Assembly: GCA_034780895.1 (NCBI GenBank)
Contig: JAUZTB010000017.1
Location: 47,183,138 to 47,247,137, forward strand
DNA: 64,000 bases
From: Rhynchobatus australiae
Lineage: Eukaryota
Reading direction: 5' to 3'
Part shown: positions 1 to 12,750 of the stretch, in pieces
How positions within the stretch are numbered: the stretch's first letter is position 1
How the letters are laid out: each line of letters begins with the position of its first letter
The notes under the pieces: generated by a model
Database searches by the model: none
What the model saw: only the letters and a program-made list of their open reading frames with translations
What the model was told of the DNA's origin: nothing
Made by a program: the position numbers and the translations under genes

Positions 1-399
1 TGAAAAAGGCAGAGTGTCCCGTGACGTATGGATATAAAAACCAAGGGCGCAGCATATTGAATACGGACGTAAGGTGAATGAATCATATATTGTTGGTAAG
101 TCGTGGTTATATTAACTGACATATTAAAGCAGAGGAAAAGTCTATTATATCATAACATGTGTAGAATAAGCGGCATTGACTGTGCGTGCTGAAGGAGTAT
201 TTCGACACTGTGCTTCACTACTATGCTAAGAATAATCAGAAGATCGCCAATATACAGTGATCGCCAATATACTGATTCCAGTCTAACGTAAAGAGAGACA
301 AGTTCGAAGGAAATACAGACTGTTACAGAGAGTTTATAGATTCTTAGGTTCATTCAGTAGTTCAGGCCGGAAACAGATTCCTCGGCGCATCTCCTCCAT

Positions 400-1262
400 T
401 CCCATCTATACTCGGCCCATTTGTCTGTTTTTGACACATATGTTGGATACATTTTCTATCCTTTTTTTCCCATATGGATTTTAAACCTGGGCATTGTACA
501 TGCCTCGACCACCTCCGCTGTCAACTGCTTCGATAAACCCAACCCTCTCTGTGCGAAAGACTCGTTCCTTAGATCAACGAAAATCTTACCGCTCTCACCT
601 TAATATTCTGTCCTGCAGTTTTGCCTGAAATAAACAGATGCCCTGTCTCCGGCTTCCACCCTGGGAAAAATTATGACTATCGATCTTATATATGCCACTC
701 ATCATGTTTTAATCCTCTGTAACGTCACCGTTCCGCCTCCTTCGCTCCAGGGAAAGCAGTGCCAGACTATTCAATCTCCTGATAACTGAAGTCCTCCAGT
801 ACAGGTTAAATTCCTGTTATTTTTTTCTGCTTTATCTCTTGCTGAAGAAAATCTTACCTTTGGTGTAGCGACCAAAACGGCACACAATTGCGACCTCAAT
901 AACGATTTGTACAACTACGACATGACGTCACCACTCTTCTACTCAGTGACCTCGGCTGATGAAGTCAAGGACAGCTGATGCCTTCTTCAGTGCTCAGTCT
1001 AGAGGTGTCATCAGTCTCTGGGAACTTCGTGCTTTCCACCTCAACATTTCTCTGTTCAAAGACACTCGTCTGGACAGTGCCATTGTCTGTGTGTGTCCCG
1101 CTCTGGTTTAGCTTTCTGTAATGCATCACTTGGCACTTACCTGAGTGAAATTCCAACAGCCTTTCACATGCCGACTTTTCCTATATCCTGTGCCAGCTCT
1201 GATAAACTACTTAACTCTCCAGTATCTCACCATTTTTTTAATAATCTGCAAACGTAGTAACC
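400..1262 (-). mobile_element. Decayed CR1-like LINE fragment
   Basis: Minus-strand MEFHSGKCQVMH resembles the CR1 RT C-terminal MEFNxxKCEVxHFG. Boundaries approximate. Confidence 0.55.
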
Positions 1263-1268
1263 ATGCCA

Positions 1269-1676
1269 TGTCATGGTTATGAGTATTGGCCTTCAATTTG
1301 GCTCCTTAGATGCGTCGTTGTACAGCACATGGATTACATGCTGAACTGATTGCATAATGACACACACCTGAGCCCCATCAGGGGCCTACCATAAGTACCT
1401 GGGTTTCTCTGGCACGTGTTGCCAGAGTATTGGTCAACCTTCGGGTATACTTTGGCTCCTGGCTGCTTAGTGTGGTCCACTCCAGAGCAGTCCTGCGTTC
1501 TCTATTTCTGTAAGAAGATTCATTACGTGTTGGGATTCCTACTCAGATCTCCGAGGCAAGATTCCTTACAGGTTCTGCTGGTGTTTGGTCCTGAGGAAGT
1601 ATACTGACTCCAGTCCTGTACCAGTGTGCCGCATTTGGGTTCACTGTGAGCTTGCTCTTTGCTCAACATTGTGACA
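1269..1676 (+). mobile_element. Solo LTR of a Sushi-like Ty3/Gypsy chromovirus
   Basis: TGTCA...TGACA termini, 5-bp TSD TGCCA on both sides, homologous to the other copies. Confidence 0.88.
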
Positions 1677-2539
1677 TGCCATCGAGATGACGACGAACAA
1701 CAAAGGCTTCAGCATTAATCCTTGCGGCGCATATCTGTTTTCATGTCGCTTATCTGAGAATTAACCCTTCACTATTACGATCTGCCTTCTCCCACCAAAC
1801 TAATGTTCTNNNNNNNNNNNNNNNNNNNNNNNNNNNNNNNNNNNNNNNNNNNNNNNNNNNNNNNNNNNNNNNNNNNNNNNNNNNNNNNNNNNNNNNNNNN
1901 NNNNNNNNNGACTGACTTTCCAAATTCAGTACTTTCCTTTCCAAATCGTTGAAATCCTGTCTCTCAGAATCCTTCCAGTATTTCTGACCAGTGAAGAAAA
2001 AACTCACCAACTCGCCAGTTTCTTGTTCCCGACCTTCATTTTTCAGCACTTCTTCAATAAAGTTGGATTAGCTACTTTATTGAAGTAGCTCAACGATTAG
2101 CTACCTACTCGTTGTACGGTTCCGCGGATAATGACGATACAATAACCTTTTCCAAGGCCGAAACAATCCCCTGCCTTGCATCCACAACATCATGTTTCTT
2201 ACCTGGTCAGGCCCCACGAAGTTACCCATATTTATGAGCTTCTACACTGCAATAATCTTTCCATTGATCTTCCGAATCTAGTTCGGCAGCTCACTGCTCT
2301 CTTTTTTGCAAGGTGAATGCAGACGAGGAATGGTAAATTACTTCCTCTCCAATCTCTCGTGCCTCCACAGAAGATGACCACACTGTTCCTTGCTGCTCAT
2401 TTACGCTTTGGTTTTATCATACTTATGGAAACTTGTTTAAAGATTTTCCTTTACCCCGCCCGACCGAATTCATTTCCAACCGTAGTCCTGTGCCCCTTTC
2501 AACCTCAATGCACTTTGTTGATTTTAGGTGCCTTCACCT

Positions 2540-3130
2540 GACATATCGTCCTTCTTTTTCCTGACAAAAGCTACCATATACCATGCCAGGCATGGTACCC
2601 TATTCGTGCCAGAGTTGTCCTTCACTGTAACAGGGGAATCGAGGCACTGAAATCTTCCTGTCTCACCTTTAAGAGCCCTCAATTTCCAGATGCCCCGGTA
2701 CCTCTCAGCAGACTTTGACAATTAACTTTTGCAAGTTCTTGTCGAACGCCAGGGCAAAATTAGCTTTGCATCAGTTTCGGACTTAACTTGTGGACGAGTC
2801 CGATCTTGTTCAATAATTATTTTGAAATTGATAGAATTATGGTCACTGGTCCCAAGCTGCTCCCCAACGGACACTTCAGCCACTTTCCTTGCCTCGGAGC
2901 CTCAGAGGAGGTTAGGTGTACCTCATTCTTTAATGCGGCTATATACACGGTGTTTCAGAAAACTTCCTCCTGGACACACTGAAAAAATTCAGTCCCATCC
3001 AATCTCTTTGCACTGCGGAAGTCCCTGACAACATTGGTGAAATTGAAAATACCTACTATTACAACCTCATTATTCCATACTTGTCTGCGATTTTCCTACA
3101 TATTTTCTCCTCGAATTTCCATTCAATTCC
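2540..3130 (-). mobile_element. Decayed CR1-like LINE endonuclease region
   Basis: Reverse complement resembles CR1 ORF2 (VVIVGDFNF, SDHNSI motifs, degenerate). Confidence 0.5.
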
Positions 3131-3274
3131 CATTCTATCAATGTGTTCTTCCCTTTCTTATTTCTCGTTCTTTTCATTTGGCCTCCATGGAGTTTTCTCA
3201 GTGATTATGTTCTCGAAGTGCTGCCATGAATATCTGCTCAGTCAATATCATAAGTCCCCCCTTTCAATTACCCT

Positions 3275-3671
3275 TGTCATGGTGCTGAGTTCTGGCCCTC
3301 AATTTGGCTCCTTTAATGCCTTGTTGTACATGGATTCCATGCTGGACTGATTACATAACGACACACACCTGAGCCCCATTAGGGGCCTAGCATAAGTGTC
3401 TGTGTTTTTCCAGCACCAGTTGCCAGAGTATTGGTCTACCTTTGGGTATACGTTGGCTCCTATCTGCTCAGTGTGGTCTACTCTAGAGCAGTACTGTGTT
3501 CTCTATTCCTTTGTGAAGATCCAGTTCATGTTGGGATTCCTCTTCAGATCTCCAAGGCAAGATTTTTTTCCAGTTTCTCCCTGTGTTTCCTCCTGAGGAG
3601 GTATCCAGTCTTGTATCTGTGTGCCGCATTAGGGTTCTCTGCGAGCTTGCTCTTCGCTTAACCTTGTGACA
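3275..3671 (+). mobile_element. Solo LTR, same family
   Basis: TGTCA...TGACA termini, 5-bp TSD ACCCT. Confidence 0.88.
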
Positions 3672-4868
3672 ACCCTCACCTGTATGACATCAAAAACATT
3701 TGTACCCCGGGACATCGAGCTGCCAGTATTGTCCATCGCGCAAGAGTGGTCGCGCAGCAGGTATAATATCACAATCCCACCTGTCGATCCAGGCCCTGAG
3801 TTCACACCACATGTCGTTTAACAGAGCACACCGTCTCGATCCCTGTCCTACTCCTGCCTGAGCTTTATGCTGGACTTGCCCACTTTAACCACGGTACATT
3901 TATTTTGTCACCATTTGCTCCCCGTTAAAGCAACTGTGCAATATTAACACAGAAGGCAGTCAACCTAACATTTAGAGATTTCAGGCATAATGTGATACAG
4001 ATATAACAGTGCCTTGTGTATTCATAAACCTGAACTAAAATAGAAGTTTCGCTGTTGAATTTCTTTAACCCTAACCCATGTCAGTTTTCCGTTTCCCAGT
4101 TCAGTCTAATCGATCAGTACCTTCATGAACCTGGTTCTGTTGTTCTAAAAACAGGTGGAAACCACTGATGAGCCCGTTTAAATCAACACTGAATTTAGAA
4201 GCCCTTTATTCAGTGGTATTTCAAATAAATTCTGCAGTAGACATGGGGTAATTTGTGTTCATTCAACAATATTGTTGCTCACAAGGTACAGGATCATTAA
4301 ACGGATCCATATTCTCTCAAATTAACTATGACAGCAAATAATACGGATTATCATACGGTCCGGGATGCTGGATTTACAGATTTGAAGACCATCCTCCCAC
4401 CAAAAGCATGCTACGAACCTTGGAGATAAATGGATGAGAAATACAATAAAATAATTTGGAATGGACGGGGAGCAAATGGATTTATTTTATTTTCCTTCTG
4501 GTCTACGTGCCCGATATAATCTCGCAGCATCGCCGACCATCTAGCATGAACCAGGAAGTTTATTTTGCTCTGAATTGATTTCATTAACGATCGTTCTCAT
4601 ATCTGGGCCTCGAGAGCAGGGATATCGGCGGGACATGATTTTTTTCGGAAAGATGTTTCTACTGATACTCCCTGATATCGGTACATCGCCCGGTTGATGA
4701 TGAAAATGAAGCGTGAACCACGTGGTAGGTACCTGGTAATGTTACTTGTTGTAATATTAGGGATACCTGCACTAGGTTCGAAGTGTAAAGTATGAATGCA
4801 GACCGTGATCAGGGAAAGGCGGCTGAGGTTCTGCAGCCGCTCCCTGAATCGATCGGCGTCGGCCAAAG

Positions 4869-4896
4869 CCCCGCCCACCTCTGTCGGGTATTTAAA
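4869..4896 (+). promoter_or_regulatory. Putative VH promoter (GC box plus TATA-like TATTTAAA)
   Basis: CCCCGCCC at 4869-4876 and TATTTAAA at 4889-4896, about 95 bp upstream of the leader ATG. No octamer seen, consistent with chondrichthyan VH promoters. Confidence 0.45.
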
Positions 4897-4987
4897 CATT
4901 TCCTGGATACTTAACAATCCATATTCCCTGCATTTAGTTTATTGAGAGGTTCTATTTAGTGTCAGTCCTGGCAGGGTTCCCAGCGTG

Positions 4988-5033
4988 ATGAAGAGGGCGA
5001 CTGCACTGAGCCTGTTTCTGACTTTTTTATCTC
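4988..5033 (+). CDS. IGHV: IgH V leader exon (MKRATALSLFLTFLS)
   Basis: ATG at 4988, hydrophobic signal peptide, phase-1 donor C|gtcagt at 5033/5034 that splices in frame to the V exon. Confidence 0.9.
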
Positions 5034-5054
5034 GTCAGTAACTCTGATGCCGAG

Positions 5055-5060
<6 letters not shown>

Positions 5061-5119
<59 letters not shown>

Positions 5120-5252
5120 NNNNNNNNNNNNNNNNNNNNNNNNNNNNNNNNNNNNNNNNNNNNNNNNNNNNNNNNNNNNNNNNNNNNNNNNNNNNNNNNN
5201 NNNNNNNNNNNNNNNNNNNTCTATCTATCTATCTATCTATCTATCTCTATCT
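5061..5252. repeat. (CT)n/(ATCT)n microsatellite in the leader-V intron, interrupted by a gap
   Basis: Direct reading of the tandem repeats on both sides of the N-run. Confidence 0.9.
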
Positions 5253-5335
5253 ATCGCACTCTTTATCTTCTTTGCTCTGTGAAATTAACTCTCAGTAATC
5301 ATTTGTCGATATTTTGTCTTGTCTTTTGCTTATAG

Positions 5336-5642
5336 ATGTCCACTCCGATCCCTTGTTGACTCAGCCGGAGGTGGAGACCGCCAGACCCAAAGGCTCTATC
5401 ACACTGACTTGTAAAACTAGCGGGTTAGATATTATCAACTCCTGGATGGGCTGGGTCCGACAGATTCCCGAGCAGGGTATGGAGTGGCTGCTTTTGTACC
5501 ACTCTTCTCCCAGCCAGCTATTCGCCGCGGGGATCCAAAGTAGGTTTACACCGTACAAAGACACTGCAAAGAGTGTTTTCGCTTTGACCGTGAACAACTT
5601 GAGGGAGGAGGATACCGCCATCTATTACTGTACGAGATGGAG
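5336..5642 (+). CDS. IGHV: Germline IgH variable (VH) exon, IgM type
   Basis: Acceptor tatag|AT at 5335/5336. Encodes ...DPLLTQPEVETARPKGSITLTCKTSG...WVRQIPEQGMEWL...RFT...DTAIYYCTRW with both canonical Cys, the Trp and the YYC motif. Open frame, followed by an RSS. Confidence 0.96.
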
Positions 5643-5681
5643 CACAGTGAGATTATCCATGGCCGACCCCGGACAAGAACA
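5643..5681 (+). other. VH recombination signal sequence, 23-bp spacer
   Basis: CACAGTG (5643-5649), 23 nt, ACAAGAACA (5673-5681). Confidence 0.92.
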
Positions 5682-6018
5682 GCGTATTAGTCATTCGTCT
5701 TCCATAATGTACTGACGGTGAATGATTCTTTCCAACTCAAGAATAACAGGCTGAAAAGTGAGCTCAAACCTTCGTTCAATAAAATAACGCTAAATATAAC
5801 GTATTTACCAGTGTAGTGATGTCTTATTTTGTTCTTTATGTTCCTCCTCATCCATCAATGGTGCTGACAACTGCAGAGCCGGATACTTTGTTCCTTTGAA
5901 TAAGTGGATCTGCACGGAAACGATTGTTCACATTCAATATTGTATGTGAAGTTTTGGACCATTTTCCATCCCGTTCACTGTCGAGTCTAAGTTAATTCTG
6001 ACGCTGAACAGAGTGTCC

Positions 6019-6098
6019 AGTTTTTGTTTGGGCCTCATTCACTGTGCTGCTACGTTGGACACAGCGCTGCAAACAAGTGAGTTCCCCGTACAAAAACC
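6019..6098 (+). other. IGHD: DH1 segment (coding 6047-6059, CTGCTACGTTGGA) with 5' RSS12 and 3' RSS23
   Basis: AGTTTTTGT, 12 nt, CACTGTG (6019-6046); then CACAGCG, 23 nt, ACAAAAACC (6060-6098). Matches the chondrichthyan D1 pattern. Confidence 0.92.
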
Positions 6099-6401
6099 CA
6101 TACAACCAGTGACCTCCCGCTTGAGCTTACCAAAAGGACAGGAGAGGCCGAGTTCAGAAATTTCAAATGAATTTTAAACAGCAGAAATAATATAGGTCAG
6201 CCAAAAAAAATGAAACTGTTCTTGGCGCAATTAATGCCCATTATGAATTTACTGCGGCAGCATGATATTTGGATTCATATTTGGCAGTGAGCAGGACACA
6301 GTGATAGAATCCATTGGTGCATTCTCTCAGCAATGCCTGAATTTTGATTCTCAGACTGAGATGCAATTCCACCTGATCATTCTTAATCAAGCAAATGACG
6401 G

Positions 6402-6468
6402 GGTATTTGACATGGCGTATTTCACTGTGTGGATGGACCGCACAGTGGTTCCTGTCAATGCAAATAGA
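6402..6468 (+). other. IGHD: DH2 segment (coding 6430-6440, TGGATGGACCG) with 12/12 RSSs
   Basis: GGTATTTGA, 12 nt, CACTGTG (6402-6429); then CACAGTG, 12 nt, GCAAATAGA (6441-6468). Matches the chondrichthyan D2 pattern. Confidence 0.88.
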
Positions 6469-6790
6469 ACCTCAGCTCTAAACTGTGTAGCTGTGTGTCA
6501 GTGTGCAATGTGTGAATCGAATGGTTCACACAACGAGGGCCTAATTGTGCCTAGATGACCTTAGCGCAGTTCAGTGTTTGTATAACCCGTGGTAATGCAT
6601 CATTTATCTTTCAAAGATACCAGGCGAATTTCACGGACATGTCTGATAAACAGCATAACAGTATTTAATATCTGTTGGAATGCTTGTTTCAACTCATTCA
6701 TCATTGTGACACTTAAAATTAGTTTCACCTTGATTTTGAGAGGTAAGAGTTTCTACTAATTTTTCCTTTCTGCCTGTGCTTTGCAGACCT

Positions 6791-6828
6791 GGTTATTGTG
6801 TGACGCAGCTCAGGAATGGAACACTGTG
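6791..6828 (-). other. JH recombination signal sequence, 22-bp spacer
   Basis: GGTTATTGT (6791-6799), 22 nt, CACTGTG (6822-6828), read on the + strand. Confidence 0.9.
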
Positions 6829-6876
6829 ACGACCTGGACTACTGGGGAGGAGGCACCATGCTTGTGGTGACTGACG
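6829..6876 (+). CDS. IGHJ: JH segment (DLDYWGGGTMLVVTD)
   Basis: WGxG motif, upstream RSS, phase-1 donor G|gtagga at 6876/6877. Confidence 0.95.
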
Positions 6877-9761
6877 GTAGGAAACCAGTCTTTATTTTTG
6901 ATTTTATTCGGCTTTTCGGATAATGTTGTGAATTTCTTCATGTACGTCCATTTTTCAATCTCCCGAATTCTGCATTGATATCAATTTGTANNNNNNNNNN
7001 NNNNNNNNNNNNNNNNNNNNNNNNNNNNNNNNNNNNNNNNNNNNNNNNNNNNNNNNNNNNNNNNNNNNNNNNNNNNNNNNNNNNNNNNNNNNNNNNNNNN
7101 NNNNNNNNNNNNNNNNNNNNNNNNNNNNNNNNNNNNNNNNNNNNNNNNNNNNNNNNNNNNNNNNNNNNNNNNNNNNNNNNNNNNNNNNNNNNNNNNNNNN
7201 NNNNNNNNNNNNNNNNNNNNNNNNNNNNNNNNNNNNNNNNNNNNNNNNNNNNNNNNNNNNNNNNNNNNNNNNNNNNNNNNNNNNNNNNNNTTGTGAAAAA
7301 TAACCAGATTTCTGAAATATATGTGTTAATTGATGAATTCGCATTTCCACCCATGTATCTAATCTCCAGCAAAACACTGCATGACATAAGTAACGTTTTC
7401 TTGCGAGTAAAAGCTACAGACTTTCAAGGTTCGCGCTCAGGCAGAGTGATCCGCCAAAACAGTTTGAATTAAGATGTTAAACCAAAATCACGGTTATGCA
7501 GCAAAATTACGATCAGTTAATCACGTTCCATGGAATCACAACCGTGTTCCCTTTGTTATATTTAAGGTTAAATTCGCAATAATTGGCTCAATGCGACAAA
7601 AGTTCCATGACTTTGAAGGGCGATAGTTTTGCAAGTTGATCATATTGAAATGGATTCGAAAAAAAAAACTGACATGAAACTCAGCTCAACAGCAGTATCA
7701 ATTGCTCGTTGTCCATTGGAGACAACGTGTATTCAAGATCTGTAGCTCCGGCTGGCGAGTGGAAGCGAATGGTCCTGCTCCACCAATTGTCGGTTCAGAT
7801 TCTTTGATGGAAGACAAACAGAAGAAGTACAAACAAACAATCACTTAAAAGATATACATGTTATTTCAGTGCTTTCAATATGATATAAAAATAACAGGAA
7901 ATTGTCCAATTTTGAATTGGAATGAAGTCATACAGACTTAGGATATTGTCAAATATGCTTTAATTAACATATATTGCCTTGAATGTGGTCATTTATTCGT
8001 GCAAATTTTGATTGTTTAGAGGCAACATGACATGCATCCTTGATGGGATCGATTATTATGATTACCCAGTAGGAAACAGGCGTTAAACTGAAATGATGTT
8101 ACATGAAAGATCATCAACGTGAATATTAATTCGCCATGGAAGCAGACCATACCGAAATTATTCTTGACACTCATGAGTGATCGCACAGGATTACATTGTT
8201 TGAAATATCAAAGATTGTAGAAAATCGTCAATGATATCTATATTGGCACTGCAATCTATTTTCTTGTTCTGCTGCGCTAAATTGCACCCGTCGCTGTAAA
8301 TCTCAGTGATGCAATTGTCCTATTTGCCTTCATGATTTCAAAAAAATGCATTTTTCACCAAATTCTACAACGAACGATTTAGCGTCGTCCAACTTCGTCA
8401 CCCTTCAAAAGCTTAAAACGCAGTGCGTCCCAAAGTTTGGTGTTACGTCATCTATTTACCAAGAGATGTGAATTACTGAGTCTAAATCTTTCCAGGGAAT
8501 GTCAGTTTTTGGGCTGCACTGTCATTAACGGTGACAGGAAATTGCTGGGTGTTCAAAACAGTTTTCCCCAATTAAATCGCAGCTCACTTCGAGAGAATCT
8601 GCCGGTTGTGGCGATAAGGTAGCAAATAGGAATGAAAGGTTATTTCGCTTGCCTGGCTGTCAACCTTTTATTTACTTTTATTTTACTTTGGTGCATTTTG
8701 ACCTGCACGGATATTTATTAATGTCTGTGCATGAGGGACAAATGTTTCCCTCAGACCGAAGAGGTGCCTCAGAACAGTAACCAAGCTGAGGGCATTCAGG
8801 CGGAGAAAGGCAATGGAATTCGTCTGAGTTTCGAACAAATTTGAACCAATGGATAGGCAATGTTCTATCTGAATCGGGGTTGGCGGTTTGGCGAGCGACA
8901 GAGAACATTCTGCTGACAGCACAGGACCGCTGGATGTTCAATAACAATTCTGGCCTTGCTGTCGCTGACTAAAAATATCCGGACTGGGCAGTTCAGGGGA
9001 GCCCGTGCTCTGCATAAAACTGGGCATAATAGTGAAACGCGGTACCTAATACCTAAATGAAGAACGGCGTTATATCTGTCCTTTCATCCCGTTGCCTTCC
9101 AATGCGCAACATTACAGTGTGGTGAAATCCTTACTCTTAATCCAATTCTATTGACAACTGCCGGGCATTATGCACCACCAGTAGTGCTTAGGATATTGAC
9201 GGTAGCTCATAGTGGAAGACCAGCAATAAGTCTGCGATTCAGGATGGTGCATAGCTTTGACTGTAACTTTCAGAAGGTGGCAGTGCAAGAATCCTGCACT
9301 GATGTGCTTCAAGGTTGAGAAATTGGCGAGTTCGCCTGCTCTAAAGGAATCCTTGGCACTTTGGTGCAATGCATTCTATTGATCCATTGGACCTGTAGAT
9401 TTCGGAAAGTCTTTCAGTGCCAGGTTGTTTATGGGGCTGGTCAGCATATATTTGATCGGTGAAGTTTTGCTGGTCGGGAGCCCTGGCTTTACACGGCTGG
9501 TGGAATTCAGGGATATGTGTGGCCTTTAAACTGTTGGAAATGTCCATTCCATGTATTTGCAATTGCGTGTTGAGGAATTTATTTTGCTTTGATCATCTGA
9601 GGTCGATCTGTGGCGGCGGCTTTCAATTGTACGGCTGCAACAGTTTAATTTGCCGAAATATTACGTAAAGGTGTTTTATATTTTGAATTTTCCTCTAATT
9701 TGAATATCCTATTAGCCAGGAATATAAAGTTTAATTTATTGATGTGACCATTCCTTTACAG

Positions 9762-10058
9762 CAGCACCATCGTCCCCCACGCTCTACCCTCTCCATTCTT
9801 GTGCGGAACCCAGTCCCAACGACACGATCACCTTCGGATGTTTGGCGATGGACTACTCTCCAAAGGGCATCGGCGTTTCTTGGAAGAAAGACAAATTATC
9901 GATCACCACCGGACTGAGGAACTACCCTGCCGTATTGAACAGGAAGGGATCTTACTCCCGCAGCAGCCAGTTAACGATCAGCGAGAGAGAGGTGGAGAGC
10001 AGCGTCTTCTACTGCGTGGTTCGATACGGGGACACAGTCAAGGAAGTCAGAATGCCCG
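9762..10058 (+). CDS. IGHM: IgM constant exon CH1
   Basis: Acceptor tttacag|CA. Encodes AAPSSPTLYPLHSC...FGCLAMDYSPKGIGVSWKK...YPAVLN...SSQLTI...FYCVVR...MP. Donor G|gtttgt. N-terminal Cys available for light-chain pairing. Confidence 0.93.
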
Positions 10059-10869
10059 GTTTGTATTGGAGTATACAGCGAGTCCGCGCTTTAACCAGAG
10101 AGTACGGTATATGTCAGTTGGTACACGTATGCTTAAATTCGACAGAAAATTATATTTGTTTAATTTAACGTGCTATTAAGTTTCTACCGTCTGTGCCACA
10201 TTCAACCTGCAGCGCACTGTTCGGACCTCCAGACACCACTTACCACTTCGCACGTACAAGCAGCCTCAAGCATGGCTTCCAGCCCGCTGTGAGAAGGCTA
10301 TTGAACGTTCCCCAGTACGATAACATGGACTGTTCTCACAGTCCAACTTGATATGAAGTGCATCTTATTGACTGCCTGCTCTGACCTTTCTCTCTAACTG
10401 TATTCTACATGCTGTCACTGCTTTCCATTGTACTACATCGATGCATTGATCTGATAAAATAATATGCACTGTGCCTCAGCACATGCAACAATGAAAAGCC
10501 AATTTATCAATTCACCGCTTCGTAAACAAAGTACAGTTCCAGTTTCAATGTAACTGCTAAAGTAGAGCGCACACATCAAGAGTCCAGAAAGCAGTTAGGA
10601 CACTGCTCACAGTTCTGTCCTCAACATACCGACAAATGCCTTCATGTCTCAATGGAATTAAAAGAAATGAACAATGTTTTATTTTCTCCCAGAACAGAAG
10701 GATTATAGTGAGCCATACTGGCCAAGAAGCTCCTGTTCTTGTGAGAAAAGCAGCAGTGCTTTACATTCTCAGACACTTCAAGTGTTTGAAATATGGTAAT
10801 TTGTATTTGTCTGGGATCAGTGAACAGCATAAATGTTCTATCATTACGGACACGCCCATAGTAATTAGG

Positions 10870-12750
10870 AAGAAGGTCATCTAATGAGAGATGCACCGGA
10901 CTGTTGAACACGCCAAACATACAATAAGGCATTGCACGACGTCTCCCATAGCGGGATCATCCCGAAGATTAAGATACATGGAATACACCTTGACCTAGAT
11001 TCAGAATTGGCTTGTGCCTGGAAGACAGAGACCGAGGGCCCATGGGACTTATTTTGGCTGGATGTCCGTGACGAGTGATTGTGTACAAGAATCCATTCTG
11101 GGAGCCCTGATGTTTGTGTGAGGTATATTTATATATGACCTTGATNNNNNNNNNNNNNNNNNNNNNNNNNNNNNNNNNNNNNNNNNNNNNNNNNNNNNNN
11201 NNNNNNNNNNNNNNNNNNNNNNNNNNNNNNNNNNNNNNNNNNNNNTGCTCACAGTTCTGTCCTCAACATACCGACAAATGCCTTCTTATCTCAGTGGAAT
11301 TAGAAGAAATGAACAATTTTTTTTTTCTCCCAGAACAGAACGATTAGAGTGACCCATACTGGCAAGAAAAGCAGCAGTGCTTTACATTCTCAGACACTTC
11401 AAGTGTTTAAAATATGGTGATGATATTTGGCTGGGGTCAGTAAACAGCATAAATGGACTATCATTACGGACACGCCCATAGTAATTAGTAAGAAGGTCAT
11501 ATAATGAGAAATACACCGGACTGTTGAACACGCCAAACACACAATAAGGAATTGCACGACGTCTCTCATAGCGGGATCATCCAGAACATTAAGATACCTG
11601 GGATCCACCTAAGACTTCGCCATTTAGATTCAGAATTGGCTTGTGCATGGAAGACACAGACTGAGGGCCGATAGAACTTATTCTGGCTGGATGTCCGTGA
11701 CGAGTGATTGTCTGCAAGAAACCATTCTGGGAGCCCTGCTGTTTGTGAGACGTATATTTATATATGACCTGGACGGAAATGTGAATGGGGGTGGGGGTGT
11801 TCATTAAATTCTCAGACAACACAAATTTTGGTGGTCCTGTGAATAGTGAAGAAGATTGCCGAATGTGCAGCGTAATACAGATCATTTGTAGATCCGGACG
11901 GAGAAATGACAGATTGAGGTTCATCCGGCCAAATATGAGAATTTACAATATGGGAGTTCAAATATAAAGGACCAGTACACTGATAATAATGAGACACAAC
12001 AGCATTGATGCTTCGAGATCGACAGGTCTAACCCGATAGCTATCTGAAAGTGAAGACACAAGCAGACAGCGTGGTTCGAAAGGCACATATTATCGCTGCC
12101 TTCAGGAGACGAGGCACTGAGTTTAAGAGTCAGGAAGTAATTTTGAGTATTCATATAACTCTGGTTAGGCTGCATCAGGCATATTGCATTCAATTCCGGT
12201 CACCCCTTAAGAGGAAAGACGTGGCTGTTTGGAGGCGTGCATAATTGGTTTGCCAGAATGCTCCCTGGATGAGTGGGCACGTGTAATAAGGAGAGCTTGG
12301 ACAAACTTGGATTGCTTTCTCTGGAGTAGCGGAAGCTGACGAGAGACGTGAGAGAAGTTCTCAGATTATGCGAACTCAAATAGAGCAGATAGCCGATATC
12401 TTTTTTCAAGGGTTGAAATATCTAATCTTGCAGGACATACATAGAAGGTGAGAGGGTAAACTTTAGAAGGAGGAGTTCGGGGCCCATTTTTTACACAGGA
12501 AGTAGTCAGAGTCTGCAATGTGCTGGCAGAAGTTCTGTTGGAGACAAATACAATAGAGGTATTTCAGGAGCTCTTGGATAGATATATGAATGTGCAGGAA
12601 ATGAAGGGGTAGGGATATTTAGTGTTCTAGTGGGGTGATGGTTCGTGAGGCACGTAATTGCTACTTTAATTAGTTCAGCATAGCATCGTGGGCCGAATGG
12701 CATGTTCATGTGGTCGACTGATCAATGTTCTATCCATGTTCTGTGTTCTG
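10870..12750 (+). mobile_element. Decayed CR1-like LINE 3' portion in the CH1-CH2 intron
   Basis: Degenerate RT C-terminal motifs (TLVRLHQAYCIQFRSP) and a CR1-type 3' UTR. Confidence 0.65.

Noticed and set aside
5336-6876. Germline-joined VD/VDJ gene
   Set aside because: All segments are separate, each with its own RSS, so this is a conventional rearranging cluster.
6938-7472. Long ORFs in the ORF track spanning N-runs (also 15442-16058 and 19752-20026)
   Set aside because: Artefacts of assembly gaps and microsatellites.
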